Part shown: positions 53,319 to 61,424 of the stretch, one piece after another | Position numbering within the stretch: position 1 is the stretch's first letter | Layout of the letters: each line of letters starts with the position of its first letter | Source of the DNA: a virus | Virus record (IMG/VR): IMGVR_UViG_3300045988_155520 | Span: 128,001-192,000 of that record | Strand: one strand, 5' to 3' | Length of the DNA: 64,000 bases | Made by a program: the position numbers and the translations under genes | Notes under the pieces: generated by a model | What the model was told of the DNA's origin: nothing | Seen by the model: the letters and a program-made list of their open reading frames with translations, nothing else | Databases searched by the model: none

Positions 53319-53756
53319 ATGATGAGAAATTACAAAAAATTATTTCTAATGGTTCTTTTTGCGATTCTGTCCACAACTACAGTAAACGCACAAAGTTGTT
53401 CACATGGATTTGATTGGTCACGTCTGATTGCTGCAATGATTCACATTGAAAGCAAAGGTCAAAACAATGCAAGAAATGGAAAATCATTAGGGGTACTTCA
53501 AATTACGCCATCAGCCGTAGCTGAATGTAACAACATTCTGAAAAAGAAGAAAATTAAGAAACGTTACACTCTTGAAGATAGAAGAGACCCTCAGAAGTCT
53601 AAGGAAATCTTTATTCACCTTCAAGAACATTTTAACCCAGAACATAGCTTTGAAAAAGCTACAAAATGCTGGAATCATGGTTTTTATGTAAAGAATATCA
53701 AAAGTTTACCTAATACATATTACCATAAAGTTATGAAACAAATGTCAAAAATGTAA
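53319..53756 (+). CDS. secreted lytic transglycosylase (SLT-domain endolysin candidate)
   Basis: Signal peptide MMRNYKKLFLMVLFAILSTTTVNA/QS. The SLT core is IHIESKGQNNARNGKSLGVLQITPSA, with the catalytic E-S. Confidence 0.75.
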   Translation: MMRNYKKLFLMVLFAILSTTTVNAQSCSHGFDWSRLIAAMIHIESKGQNNARNGKSLGVLQITPSAVAECNNILKKKKIKKRYTLEDRRDPQKSKEIFIHLQEHFNPEHSFEKATKCWNHGFYVKNIKSLPNTYYHKVMKQMSKM

Positions 53757-53765
53757 ATAACAGAA

Positions 53766-53796
53766 AAGATGATAGTTTTTTCTATCATCTTTTTTT
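53766..53796. terminator. bidirectional rho-independent terminator
   Basis: aagatgatag-tttttt-ctatcatctt forms a 10-bp stem followed by a T-run. Confidence 0.75.
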
Positions 53797-53799
53797 ATT

Positions 53800-54522
53800 T
53801 TAATAACCAACAATCTTATCACCAACATTCTCTTTCCAACCTGGAATATCAATATTTTTATATGTTTCAACAGCTGCCATTGGAACTTCTATTCTATCAA
53901 TTCTTTCAAAAGTATCCAACTCAAATTCTGGTGGAATCAGACTTTGGAAACGTACAGAACCATTTTTACCGTTGTCAAGTGAATAAAAATTATAACCTAT
54001 TTTTTTTACTGAATGAGGAATTACTATTTTTTCAATATTTGTACGACCAAAAGAATAATTACCTATTTCTAAAACACCTTCAGGTATAGTAATTTCTTTC
54101 AAAGATTTACAGTTATCAAGTAATGAATCTGAAATTGTTTTGATGTTTTTAGGTAGTATAATATTTGTTAGTAGGGTATCAGATGTAAAACATGAAACTC
54201 CAATGTCTTCTATCGTATCAGGTAATATAATTTCTTTAAAACCTGCATAGGAGAACATACCCATATATAATTTTCTTCCATTGAATTTAGAAAAATCTAC
54301 TTGTGTAATCTTCTGATTTTTTTCCACATCTCCCCAATTACCTATGAAGAACCCATCTTTCAATTCACCATTCATGTCTAAAGTATTCCATCCAGGATGT
54401 AAAAATAATAAATTAGGTGATGAAAAATCAATAATATCTAAATTTCCTTTTAAAATAGGTACATCATCACTCCCCTCAACAAACAATCTAATTATATTCT
54501 CAACGACACGGTTATACCTCAC
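53800..54522 (-). CDS. BspA-type leucine-rich-repeat protein (3' part; frame broken at the G10 tract)
   Basis: LRR_5-like units: IILPDTIEDIGVSCF, IILPKNIKTISDSLL, ITIPEGVLEIGNYSF and IVIPHSVKKIGYNF. The track start is a GTG one nt after the homopolymer. Confidence 0.7.
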   Translation of the reverse strand: MRYNRVVENIIRLFVEGSDDVPILKGNLDIIDFSSPNLLFLHPGWNTLDMNGELKDGFFIGNWGDVEKNQKITQVDFSKFNGRKLYMGMFSYAGFKEIILPDTIEDIGVSCFTSDTLLTNIILPKNIKTISDSLLDNCKSLKEITIPEGVLEIGNYSFGRTNIEKIVIPHSVKKIGYNFYSLDNGKNGSVRFQSLIPPEFELDTFERIDRIEVPMAAVETYKNIDIPGWKENVGDKIVGY

Positions 54523-54629
54523 ACCCCCCCCCCTTGAGCATCAGTACCTACAAATGGTTCCAAATATTCAGTTCCATCTACATAGGTCTGCAATTCATTT
54601 GCATTACCAAATAATTTTAAATGTTTCAT
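54519..54629 (-). CDS. 5' fragment of the LRR gene (36 codons, stops just after the G10 tract)
   Basis: ATG at 54629 gives MKHLKLFGNANELQTYVDGTEYLEPFVGTDAQGGGV*. One extra G would fuse it in frame to VRYNRVVENI... Confidence 0.45.
   Translation of the reverse strand: MKHLKLFGNANELQTYVDGTEYLEPFVGTDAQGGGV
54524..54533 (-). repeat. homopolymeric G10 (C10 on the + strand) tract
   Basis: Counted directly: C at 54524..54533. Confidence 0.95.
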
Positions 54630-54678
54630 ATACTACTTTTTAATTATAAATATTTAACACATTTTTATAATATAATAA

Positions 54679-54710
54679 TTTGTAATTACCATAATTTATT
54701 TGTATCTTTG
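54679..54710 (+). promoter_or_regulatory. Bacteroidota-type promoter (TTTG-N20-TATCTTTG)
   Basis: TTTG at 54679..54682 and TATCTTTG at 54703..54710, 22 nt upstream of the ATG at 54733. Confidence 0.6.
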
Positions 54711-54867
54711 CAAAAATAATAATATAAAGGTTATGGAAGAAGAAAAACAAATTGGTTATCTCGTAGCACCTAATTTTAAGTAATATAAGACTGAATATAA
54801 AGAAGGTAAAGAACATAATTGTTTAGACAGCAATTTTTACAGATATGGTTATGCAGTTTATCGTAAT

Positions 54868-55605
54868 TTGTTCGATTTGATAGCTGTAACAGATATTTCC
54901 ATTCATACATATTTCATGGTAGAATGCAGTGAAATAGATAAAGTACATAGCGACCCATTACATATAACTTGTAAGCACATTAAAGTTATAAAAGAAATTG
55001 CTATTGAAGATATCGCAGAAGACACTTCTGAATACCAAAAAGAATATGTTGAGAAGTTGGTAATAACATCTGATAAAGTAGCTCACGGTCAGATAACAAA
55101 TTCTGTAGATAGATGTATAATGACTATGCATAATGAATTAGGTTCGGTAAATAATAGTGGTTTATTTTGTGTGGTTAACCTTGATGGTTCAAGGTGTACT
55201 TGTAATCTTACCCGTAATAACAATATAGTTACTTCTAATGGTAAATCAAATAAAATTATTGCATCTGATACAGGTAATACATTCATTGTACGTGAAGAAG
55301 ATAATACTTTATCCATAACTGGTGGGTTTAATAATATTATTTCAACTGGTAAAAATAATAATATCTCATGTATTAGTGATACAAATAGAATAATATGTAA
55401 CGGAGAAAATAATATTGTTTATCTGCATGGAAATAATAATAAAATAAAAGCTACAGTAGGAACAACTATCATATATTCCGAACGTAATAACGAAAATGAG
55501 AAAGAACCTGCGACAGTAAAAACAATCTATGTTGATGGAGCTAATGTTAAACCAGATACGTGGTATATCATTGAAAATGGAGAAATCAAAGAATGTGATA
55601 AATGA
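54868..55605 (+). CDS. beta-solenoid-like Asn-rich repeat protein (paralog of 61425..62294); the 5' end is probably at 54733 but is interrupted by an in-frame TAA
   Basis: The C-terminal repeats (G.NN.I...) and the ...VDGANVKPDTWYIIENGEIKEC end match the paralog. The track start is a TTG. Homology to the paralog continues upstream through a TAA at 54781..54783. Confidence 0.6.
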   Translation: MFDLIAVTDISIHTYFMVECSEIDKVHSDPLHITCKHIKVIKEIAIEDIAEDTSEYQKEYVEKLVITSDKVAHGQITNSVDRCIMTMHNELGSVNNSGLFCVVNLDGSRCTCNLTRNNNIVTSNGKSNKIIASDTGNTFIVREEDNTLSITGGFNNIISTGKNNNISCISDTNRIICNGENNIVYLHGNNNKIKATVGTTIIYSERNNENEKEPATVKTIYVDGANVKPDTWYIIENGEIKECDK

Positions 55606-55721
55606 ACAGATTCAAAAACTTGTTGTACAGCAACAATGTCAATACTTAAGAAATAAAATTGAAACTGAATTAGAACGTAAGAAAATTTTCAAAAAGTTAT
55701 AAACATTAAAAAATAAAAGTT

Positions 55722-56024
55722 ATGAATGAAAAATTATTGTCAGCAGAAGAACTAAAAGAAAAAGTAGTTAACGAAGTATCAAATCTAAAAAACGGAATTT
55801 ATAATTATTGTGAAAATATAATATCAAATTTAGAAAAAGAACTTATATTAGGAAAGTGTTGTGTTAAAATCAAATATAATCAAGATAAGATAAATTTTGT
55901 TAAACTAACATATATTATCCGTAAACTTAGAGAATTGGGTTATACAGTAGATTACTGTCAAGATAGTGAAAGAACAAGTGTAGATGAAGATACATATTTT
56001 TATGTTTTAACTGTAAGAGTATAA
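55722..56024 (+). CDS. hypothetical protein
   Basis: Track ORF ending 3 nt before the next gene. Confidence 0.5.
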   Translation: MNEKLLSAEELKEKVVNEVSNLKNGIYNYCENIISNLEKELILGKCCVKIKYNQDKINFVKLTYIIRKLRELGYTVDYCQDSERTSVDEDTYFYVLTVRV

Positions 56025-56026
56025 AA

Positions 56027-57346
56027 ATGGAAACATTTGAAAATATTAGAAAAGAGAGTAGATTATTATTTGAATACGTTAGAGGTAGTCATCTTTATGG
56101 ATTGAATAATGAAGACTCAGATTTAGATACTGGTGGATTGTTTATCTGTAATCCATCAGATTTAACAGGACTTGGACTTAATTATTCTCCACAGGTTGCA
56201 GATAGTAGAAATGACACAACGTGGTATGAATTAGGCAAGTATTTTCAAATGCTTCTTAAATCAAATGCAACTGTGCTTGAAACTCTGTTTATACCAGAGG
56301 ATAAAATGATTTTAAAGCCATCCCCTGTTCTTGATGAGTTATTTGCAAATAAAGATAAATTCATTACCAAGCAGTGTTTTAAACCTTTCGTTGCTTATTC
56401 TTTAGAACAAATTAGAAAAGCACGTGGACTTAATAAGAAGATTGTTAATCCAGTTACCAAGCGTTTAAAGCCAATGGATTTCTGTTATACATTCAAAGAC
56501 CAAGGTAGTACTAAAATGGAATATTGGCTGGAATATAGAGGTATGAAACAGGAATATTGTGGTCTTGTTAAAATACCTAATATGGAGGGTATCTATGGCG
56601 TTTATTACGACTGGGGACAACACTTTCAAAGGGAAGGAGTTGAAGACAAAAATTTCGAGGGTTGTTATATACGTCTATTTAACACAAAAGATATTATTAC
56701 ACGTTTAAAGGAAGCACAAGCTAATAATAATCAAGCAGGTATAGAAATAGAAACCCGTCTTCTTAAACGCTCTTATATGCAAAATATGGCTCAGTTTATC
56801 ATGAACTATACCAATATTGACGATTGGGATGATTTCCTGTGGTGGTTTCGTGTAAATCAAACACCTAAAGGATATAAAGGCATTGTGCGAGAAAATTCAA
56901 ATGAAATGGTCCTATCACCAGTAGCTAAGGGAGAGAAACCAATATGCTACATGTCTTTCAATTCTAACGGATATTCAGCTCATTGTGCAGACTATAAACA
57001 TTATAAAGATTGGGAAGAAAAGCGTAACGAGAAGAGATATCAATCCAATCTTACAAAGAACTATGATTCTAAAAATATGATGCATAGTTTCCGTTTAATT
57101 CAAATGGGTCTTGAAATTGCAAGTGGAGAAGGGGTAAATCTTGACAGAAATAAGATTGGAGATAGAGATTTGCTTATGAATATTAGAAATCATAAATATG
57201 AGTATGATGAACTTATGGATATGATTGATAAAAAGAAAGCAGAAATGGACAAAGCAATGAAAAATTCTACTCTTCCAGAAACTATAGATGTACAAATGGT
57301 CGAAGATATTCTGCAAAATATCAGAAAGAAACAAATGATTGTATAG
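56027..57346 (+). CDS. Pol-beta superfamily nucleotidyltransferase (RlaP-like)
   Basis: RGSHLYGLNNEDSDLDTGGLFI fits the GS..yG....SD.D..G motif of RlaP-type NTases. Confidence 0.55.
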   Translation: METFENIRKESRLLFEYVRGSHLYGLNNEDSDLDTGGLFICNPSDLTGLGLNYSPQVADSRNDTTWYELGKYFQMLLKSNATVLETLFIPEDKMILKPSPVLDELFANKDKFITKQCFKPFVAYSLEQIRKARGLNKKIVNPVTKRLKPMDFCYTFKDQGSTKMEYWLEYRGMKQEYCGLVKIPNMEGIYGVYYDWGQHFQREGVEDKNFEGCYIRLFNTKDIITRLKEAQANNNQAGIEIETRLLKRSYMQNMAQFIMNYTNIDDWDDFLWWFRVNQTPKGYKGIVRENSNEMVLSPVAKGEKPICYMSFNSNGYSAHCADYKHYKDWEEKRNEKRYQSNLTKNYDSKNMMHSFRLIQMGLEIASGEGVNLDRNKIGDRDLLMNIRNHKYEYDELMDMIDKKKAEMDKAMKNSTLPETIDVQMVEDILQNIRKKQMIV

Positions 57347-57407
57347 TTGGAATTTAATATTTTAGAATTATTAACTATTAATTCTTCAGGATTACTAATT
57401 TAATCAG

Positions 57408-57415
57408 TATCTTTG
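57408..57415 (+). promoter_or_regulatory. -7 box TATCTTTG (no clear -33 TTTG)
   Basis: TATCTTTGCA lies 27 nt upstream of the ATG at 57443. Confidence 0.45.
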
Positions 57416-57442
57416 CATTGTAATTTTAATAAATAAGAAAAT

Positions 57443-57751
57443 ATGAAATACGAAAGATTTAGAGAAGTAATTAATGTCATTGTTAAGGAAATGAATGAAG
57501 ATGCAATGACAAAGTTTGAAAATAGTGCTGCAGAGCTAAATATGACAGATAAGGAATATGCTAAGCATATCGGTTTGTCTGATGATGAATTTAAGGCACT
57601 TGTCAGTGGGAATTGCTCCATTTCCACATTTGCGACTGTTATGTCAAATGCTGGATATGTTTTGGATGTCAAGACATTTAGCGAGGCTGGATTCCCAGAA
57701 GATGAATACTATGTGATTGACAAGCCAACGACTAATGATGTAACAGAGTAA
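57443..57751 (+). CDS. small HTH-like protein (tentative)
   Basis: TDKEYAKHIGLSDDEFKALVSGNCSISTFATVMSNAG resembles an XRE-type helix-turn-helix. Confidence 0.4.
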   Translation: MKYERFREVINVIVKEMNEDAMTKFENSAAELNMTDKEYAKHIGLSDDEFKALVSGNCSISTFATVMSNAGYVLDVKTFSEAGFPEDEYYVIDKPTTNDVTE

Positions 57752-57801
57752 ATAATTAAAAGAAGTTGGGCAAGTTGCTCAGCTTCTTATCTTTATAATA
57801 T

Positions 57802-59619
57802 ATGAGAAGAAAGAAAAAAGAAGAAATTAAAGTATATAAGCCAAGCAAATATCAATTAGCTATATATGACTTTGTTGAACACGGTCTCGGTAATGCGGTT
57901 ATTTCAGCATCTGCAGGGTCTGGCAAAACATATACTATTATTAAATCTTTAGACTATATACCAGAAGATAAAAAAGTTCTTATTGTTGCTTTTAATAGAG
58001 ATATACGTCAAGAAATAAAAAAGAAAGTAGCACTTGCAGGTCATAAAAACGTTCAAGTTGAAACATTTCATAGCTTAGGATATAAGATATTAAATGCTAA
58101 TTTTAATAGACGCTTTATGAATACTGAACCAAATGAGTATAAGTATTCATCGTATATTAATAATAATATATCCAAACTTGCAACAATAAATACATTCCGT
58201 CTCGGTAAACAATTCTCTCAATATCTATCTAACATTCAAAGTCTTGTAAACTTTGGTAGATGTTACCTTTCAGAAACTGTGGAAGATTTAGAAAAAGTTT
58301 GTAGTAGATATGGTATTGTATGTGTAGGTGATGAGAAAGAAGTAGCTGTTAAAGTGTTAGAATGGGGCAAAACATATCTGGATGAAATTGATTATGGCGA
58401 TATGGTTTGGTTGCCTAATATTCTTCACCTTGATAGTAAGTTTTATAAGTATGATTGGATAATCGTAGATGAATGTCAAGACCTAAATATGGTAGAAAAA
58501 GACATGTTGTTTACTTGTCGAAGGATGGGCACACGAATGATGTTCTTTGGTGACAAAGCGCAAGCTATTTATTCTTTCTCTGGTGCAGATTCTGAAGCGT
58601 TCGACAAACTAAAAGAGTTGGAAGATACTATTCAGTTACCCCTTTCTATTAGTTATCGCTGTCCTAAGAATATTGTTGAGTATGTACACTATCTTGTACC
58701 AACCATGGAGTATGATAAAAAGAATAAAGTAAAAGGTGAAATCATACAAAATGCAAATCTATCAGATGTTAAAGACGGTGATATGATTTTATGCCGTAAC
58801 AATGCCCCTCTTGCACAAGTTTATATTGAACTATTAAAGAATGGTATAAAGGCTAAAATACTTGGTAAAGATTATTCTAACAACTTATCAAAAACGATAA
58901 GAAATACAAAAGAACAAATATTGAATGTAAATCTTGATAAACAAGGCGTTTTCTCAAAATTATATGATGTATTCTATGATTTCCTTGAAACAACAATGCG
59001 TAAGCAGAATATATCAAAGGAGGAAGCGTTAACAAGTGCATCTATCGTATCAAAACTTGACGAAATTAAAGTATTGGAGATTCTATCAGATGGCTTAACG
59101 ACCGCTAAGGAATTACAAGACCGTATCAAAGATATTTTTACTAATAATAAAGATAGCGGTATTATACTGTCAACAATTCACAAATCAAAAGGATTAGAGT
59201 CTCCAAATGTATATATAGCTTGCAAATCTCTCATGCCGTCTAAGACAGCAAAACAACCATGGGAGATAGAACAAGAAAATAATCTTATTTACGTTGCATA
59301 TACACGTACTAAGAACATATTGGGTTTTCTTGATGAAAGTGAGTTCAAACAGTTTGATGCATATAACCCAGAAACTATTCGTTCTCTTAAATCAAAACAG
59401 ATTGTTATTGATAAGTTATATAATAAGAAGAGAAACGAAGTGACAACAATAGACCAAGCAAGACATATTATAGAAACTGCAACAACAATTAGTGAAACAG
59501 CAGATACTAAAAATGAATTTGTTATAGAGTCTAAAAATAAACCTAAAAATGCTATTGAAGCATTTGGAAATTTAATGAAAAGTAAAAAAACAAGAATAAT
59601 AAGGAGAATTAAAAAATGA
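57802..59619 (+). CDS. UvrD/Rep/PcrA-like SF1 DNA helicase
   Basis: SASAGSGKTYT (motif I), WIIVDECQDL (II), FGDKAQAIYSF (III), TIHKSKGLE (V) and VAYTRTKN (VI). Confidence 0.85.
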   Translation: MRRKKKEEIKVYKPSKYQLAIYDFVEHGLGNAVISASAGSGKTYTIIKSLDYIPEDKKVLIVAFNRDIRQEIKKKVALAGHKNVQVETFHSLGYKILNANFNRRFMNTEPNEYKYSSYINNNISKLATINTFRLGKQFSQYLSNIQSLVNFGRCYLSETVEDLEKVCSRYGIVCVGDEKEVAVKVLEWGKTYLDEIDYGDMVWLPNILHLDSKFYKYDWIIVDECQDLNMVEKDMLFTCRRMGTRMMFFGDKAQAIYSFSGADSEAFDKLKELEDTIQLPLSISYRCPKNIVEYVHYLVPTMEYDKKNKVKGEIIQNANLSDVKDGDMILCRNNAPLAQVYIELLKNGIKAKILGKDYSNNLSKTIRNTKEQILNVNLDKQGVFSKLYDVFYDFLETTMRKQNISKEEALTSASIVSKLDEIKVLEILSDGLTTAKELQDRIKDIFTNNKDSGIILSTIHKSKGLESPNVYIACKSLMPSKTAKQPWEIEQENNLIYVAYTRTKNILGFLDESEFKQFDAYNPETIRSLKSKQIVIDKLYNKKRNEVTTIDQARHIIETATTISETADTKNEFVIESKNKPKNAIEAFGNLMKSKKTRIIRRIKK

Positions 59620-59903
59620 GTAAAGTTAAGAAGATTGTTAAATTATCAGCAGTATGGTGCGCACCATGTAAGGCTTATGCAAGTGTTTTTGAAGAGGTAT
59701 CTAAGAAAGACGAAAACAAAGATATTAAGTTTGTGTCTTATGATGTAGAAGACGATGATGAAGGCAATGAGTTAGCCGAGAAGTATCATGTAAGAAATAT
59801 TCCTACCTCGTTATTCTTTGATGAGAATGATGAACTCATTTACAAGTTAAGTGGTAGTGTTAATAGTAATATTCTACAAGATTTAATTAATAAACACAAT
59901 TAA
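59616..59903 (+). CDS. trx: thioredoxin
   Basis: WCAPCK active site. 95 aa, with IPT as the cis-Pro context. Confidence 0.85.
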   Translation: MSKVKKIVKLSAVWCAPCKAYASVFEEVSKKDENKDIKFVSYDVEDDDEGNELAEKYHVRNIPTSLFFDENDELIYKLSGSVNSNILQDLINKHN

Positions 59904-59904
59904 T

Positions 59905-60795
59905 ATGATTATAGGATTAAGTGGAAGAATGATGTCTGGTAAGTCTGAACTTACCAAACTTCTCATTGAGAAAGGTTATAAAAGCATTTATTTTGCACAG
60001 CCTCTTAAGAAAATGTGTATGGAATGGTTAAACGTTGCAAATATAGACGTTTTTAACGAAATGAAAAACACTAATGAGGAATTGAACATTCTCTTTGATA
60101 AAGATGCGTGTGAATACTTTGCTAAACGTATTGAAGTACCGACTGATGTTATCTGGAATATTGTTCAGAAAGAAAATATAAATGGTGTAATGATTAAAAA
60201 TGTACGTCATTTGCTTCAGTTCTTAGGTACAAATATCATACGATATATTAATCCTGATTGGCATATGGAGAAAATCAGGGAATATATCCAATTACATCCT
60301 GCCGATTACGTTATAGAAGATGTACGTTTTCCAAACGAAAAAAGAATGATTGAAGAAATGGGCGGTGATACTTGGTATATAGTAAGACCTGATATTTCTA
60401 ATGTATCAAATCACCTCTCAGAAATATCTCTTAATTGGCAACTGTTCGGAAATAACGTACTGTTCAATGATGGTACACTTGATGAATTATTGAATAAGTG
60501 GTCTAATTTCATTGATGATTATCAACATAATAAAGAATTAAGAGATGAAACAATGGAGTTATTAAAGAAAGAAAAAACATCAGACGCATTTAACTTATGT
60601 GATAAATTGATGATTTCTCCAGAGTTCTTTAATTACAGACCTTTTGGATATGACCCTGATATTAAGAATGAAGCAACAATAGAACCTGTTATTGAAGACG
60701 GAAAATATAAAGTTGCAATTCTATGGAATGACGGTCGTAAACCAGATGTAATATCTAATCCTCTTAATATAGAAGATTTTAAAAATCTGTTGTAA
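59905..60795 (+). CDS. deoxynucleoside monophosphate kinase, T4 gp1-like, with a C-terminal extension
   Basis: GLSGRMMSGKSE P-loop, VRHLLQFLGTNIIRYINPDW, YVIEDVRFPNEKRMIEEMGG..WYIVRP and LFNDGTLDELLNKW parallel T4 gp1 as recalled. Confidence 0.75.
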   Translation: MIIGLSGRMMSGKSELTKLLIEKGYKSIYFAQPLKKMCMEWLNVANIDVFNEMKNTNEELNILFDKDACEYFAKRIEVPTDVIWNIVQKENINGVMIKNVRHLLQFLGTNIIRYINPDWHMEKIREYIQLHPADYVIEDVRFPNEKRMIEEMGGDTWYIVRPDISNVSNHLSEISLNWQLFGNNVLFNDGTLDELLNKWSNFIDDYQHNKELRDETMELLKKEKTSDAFNLCDKLMISPEFFNYRPFGYDPDIKNEATIEPVIEDGKYKVAILWNDGRKPDVISNPLNIEDFKNLL

Positions 60796-60797
60796 AT

Positions 60798-61418
60798 ATG
60801 AAGACCTATGATATGAAATTTAATGATGGTGAAAAAATTTATTTCACATCTGATACACATTTCAATCACGAAAATATAATCAAATTCTGCAATCGACCAT
60901 ATAAATCGGTTGCAGAAATGAATAATGATATGATTGAGAAGTGGAATAATAAAGTTCCAAAAGATGCCTTAGTATTCCATCTCGGAGATTTTGCCTATGG
61001 TAAATTCGTTGAAACAAAAGAAATAAGAGATAAACTGAATGGTAAAATAATTCTCATCAAAGGTAATCACGATTGGAAAAATAACGCATCATCACCTACT
61101 CAAGAAAAGATATTATTTGAAAACGTTTATAATCAACTATTGATTAAAATTGATAAACGATATGTTTATTTAAATCATTATCCGTTCTTATGTTACGCTG
61201 GTACGTATTCGGATGTTGAGGACCAATATTATCAATTATTCGGACACGTCCATTCGAGAAATAAAATGCAATCTACAGGGAAAGATGATGAACGACTTAA
61301 ATATCTATTTCCAACACAATATGATGTCGGTGTAGACAATAATGATTTTACACCATTATCATGGAAAGATGTAGATAATATAATTTCTTATCAAGTTAAT
61401 TCATATTATAAAAAGTAA
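60798..61418 (+). CDS. calcineurin-like metallophosphoesterase
   Basis: The metallophosphoesterase motifs are present: SDTHFNH, GDF, GNHD, NHYP and GHVH. Confidence 0.8.
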   Translation: MKTYDMKFNDGEKIYFTSDTHFNHENIIKFCNRPYKSVAEMNNDMIEKWNNKVPKDALVFHLGDFAYGKFVETKEIRDKLNGKIILIKGNHDWKNNASSPTQEKILFENVYNQLLIKIDKRYVYLNHYPFLCYAGTYSDVEDQYYQLFGHVHSRNKMQSTGKDDERLKYLFPTQYDVGVDNNDFTPLSWKDVDNIISYQVNSYYKK

Positions 61419-61424
61419 AAAAAT

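Noticed and set aside
55585-55702. 39-codon ORF (MEKSKNVINEQIQKLVVQQQCQYLRNKIETELERKKIFKKL) overlapping the end of 54868..55605.
   Set aside because: It is short, overlaps a better-supported gene, and has no motif or upstream signal. It is left uncalled.
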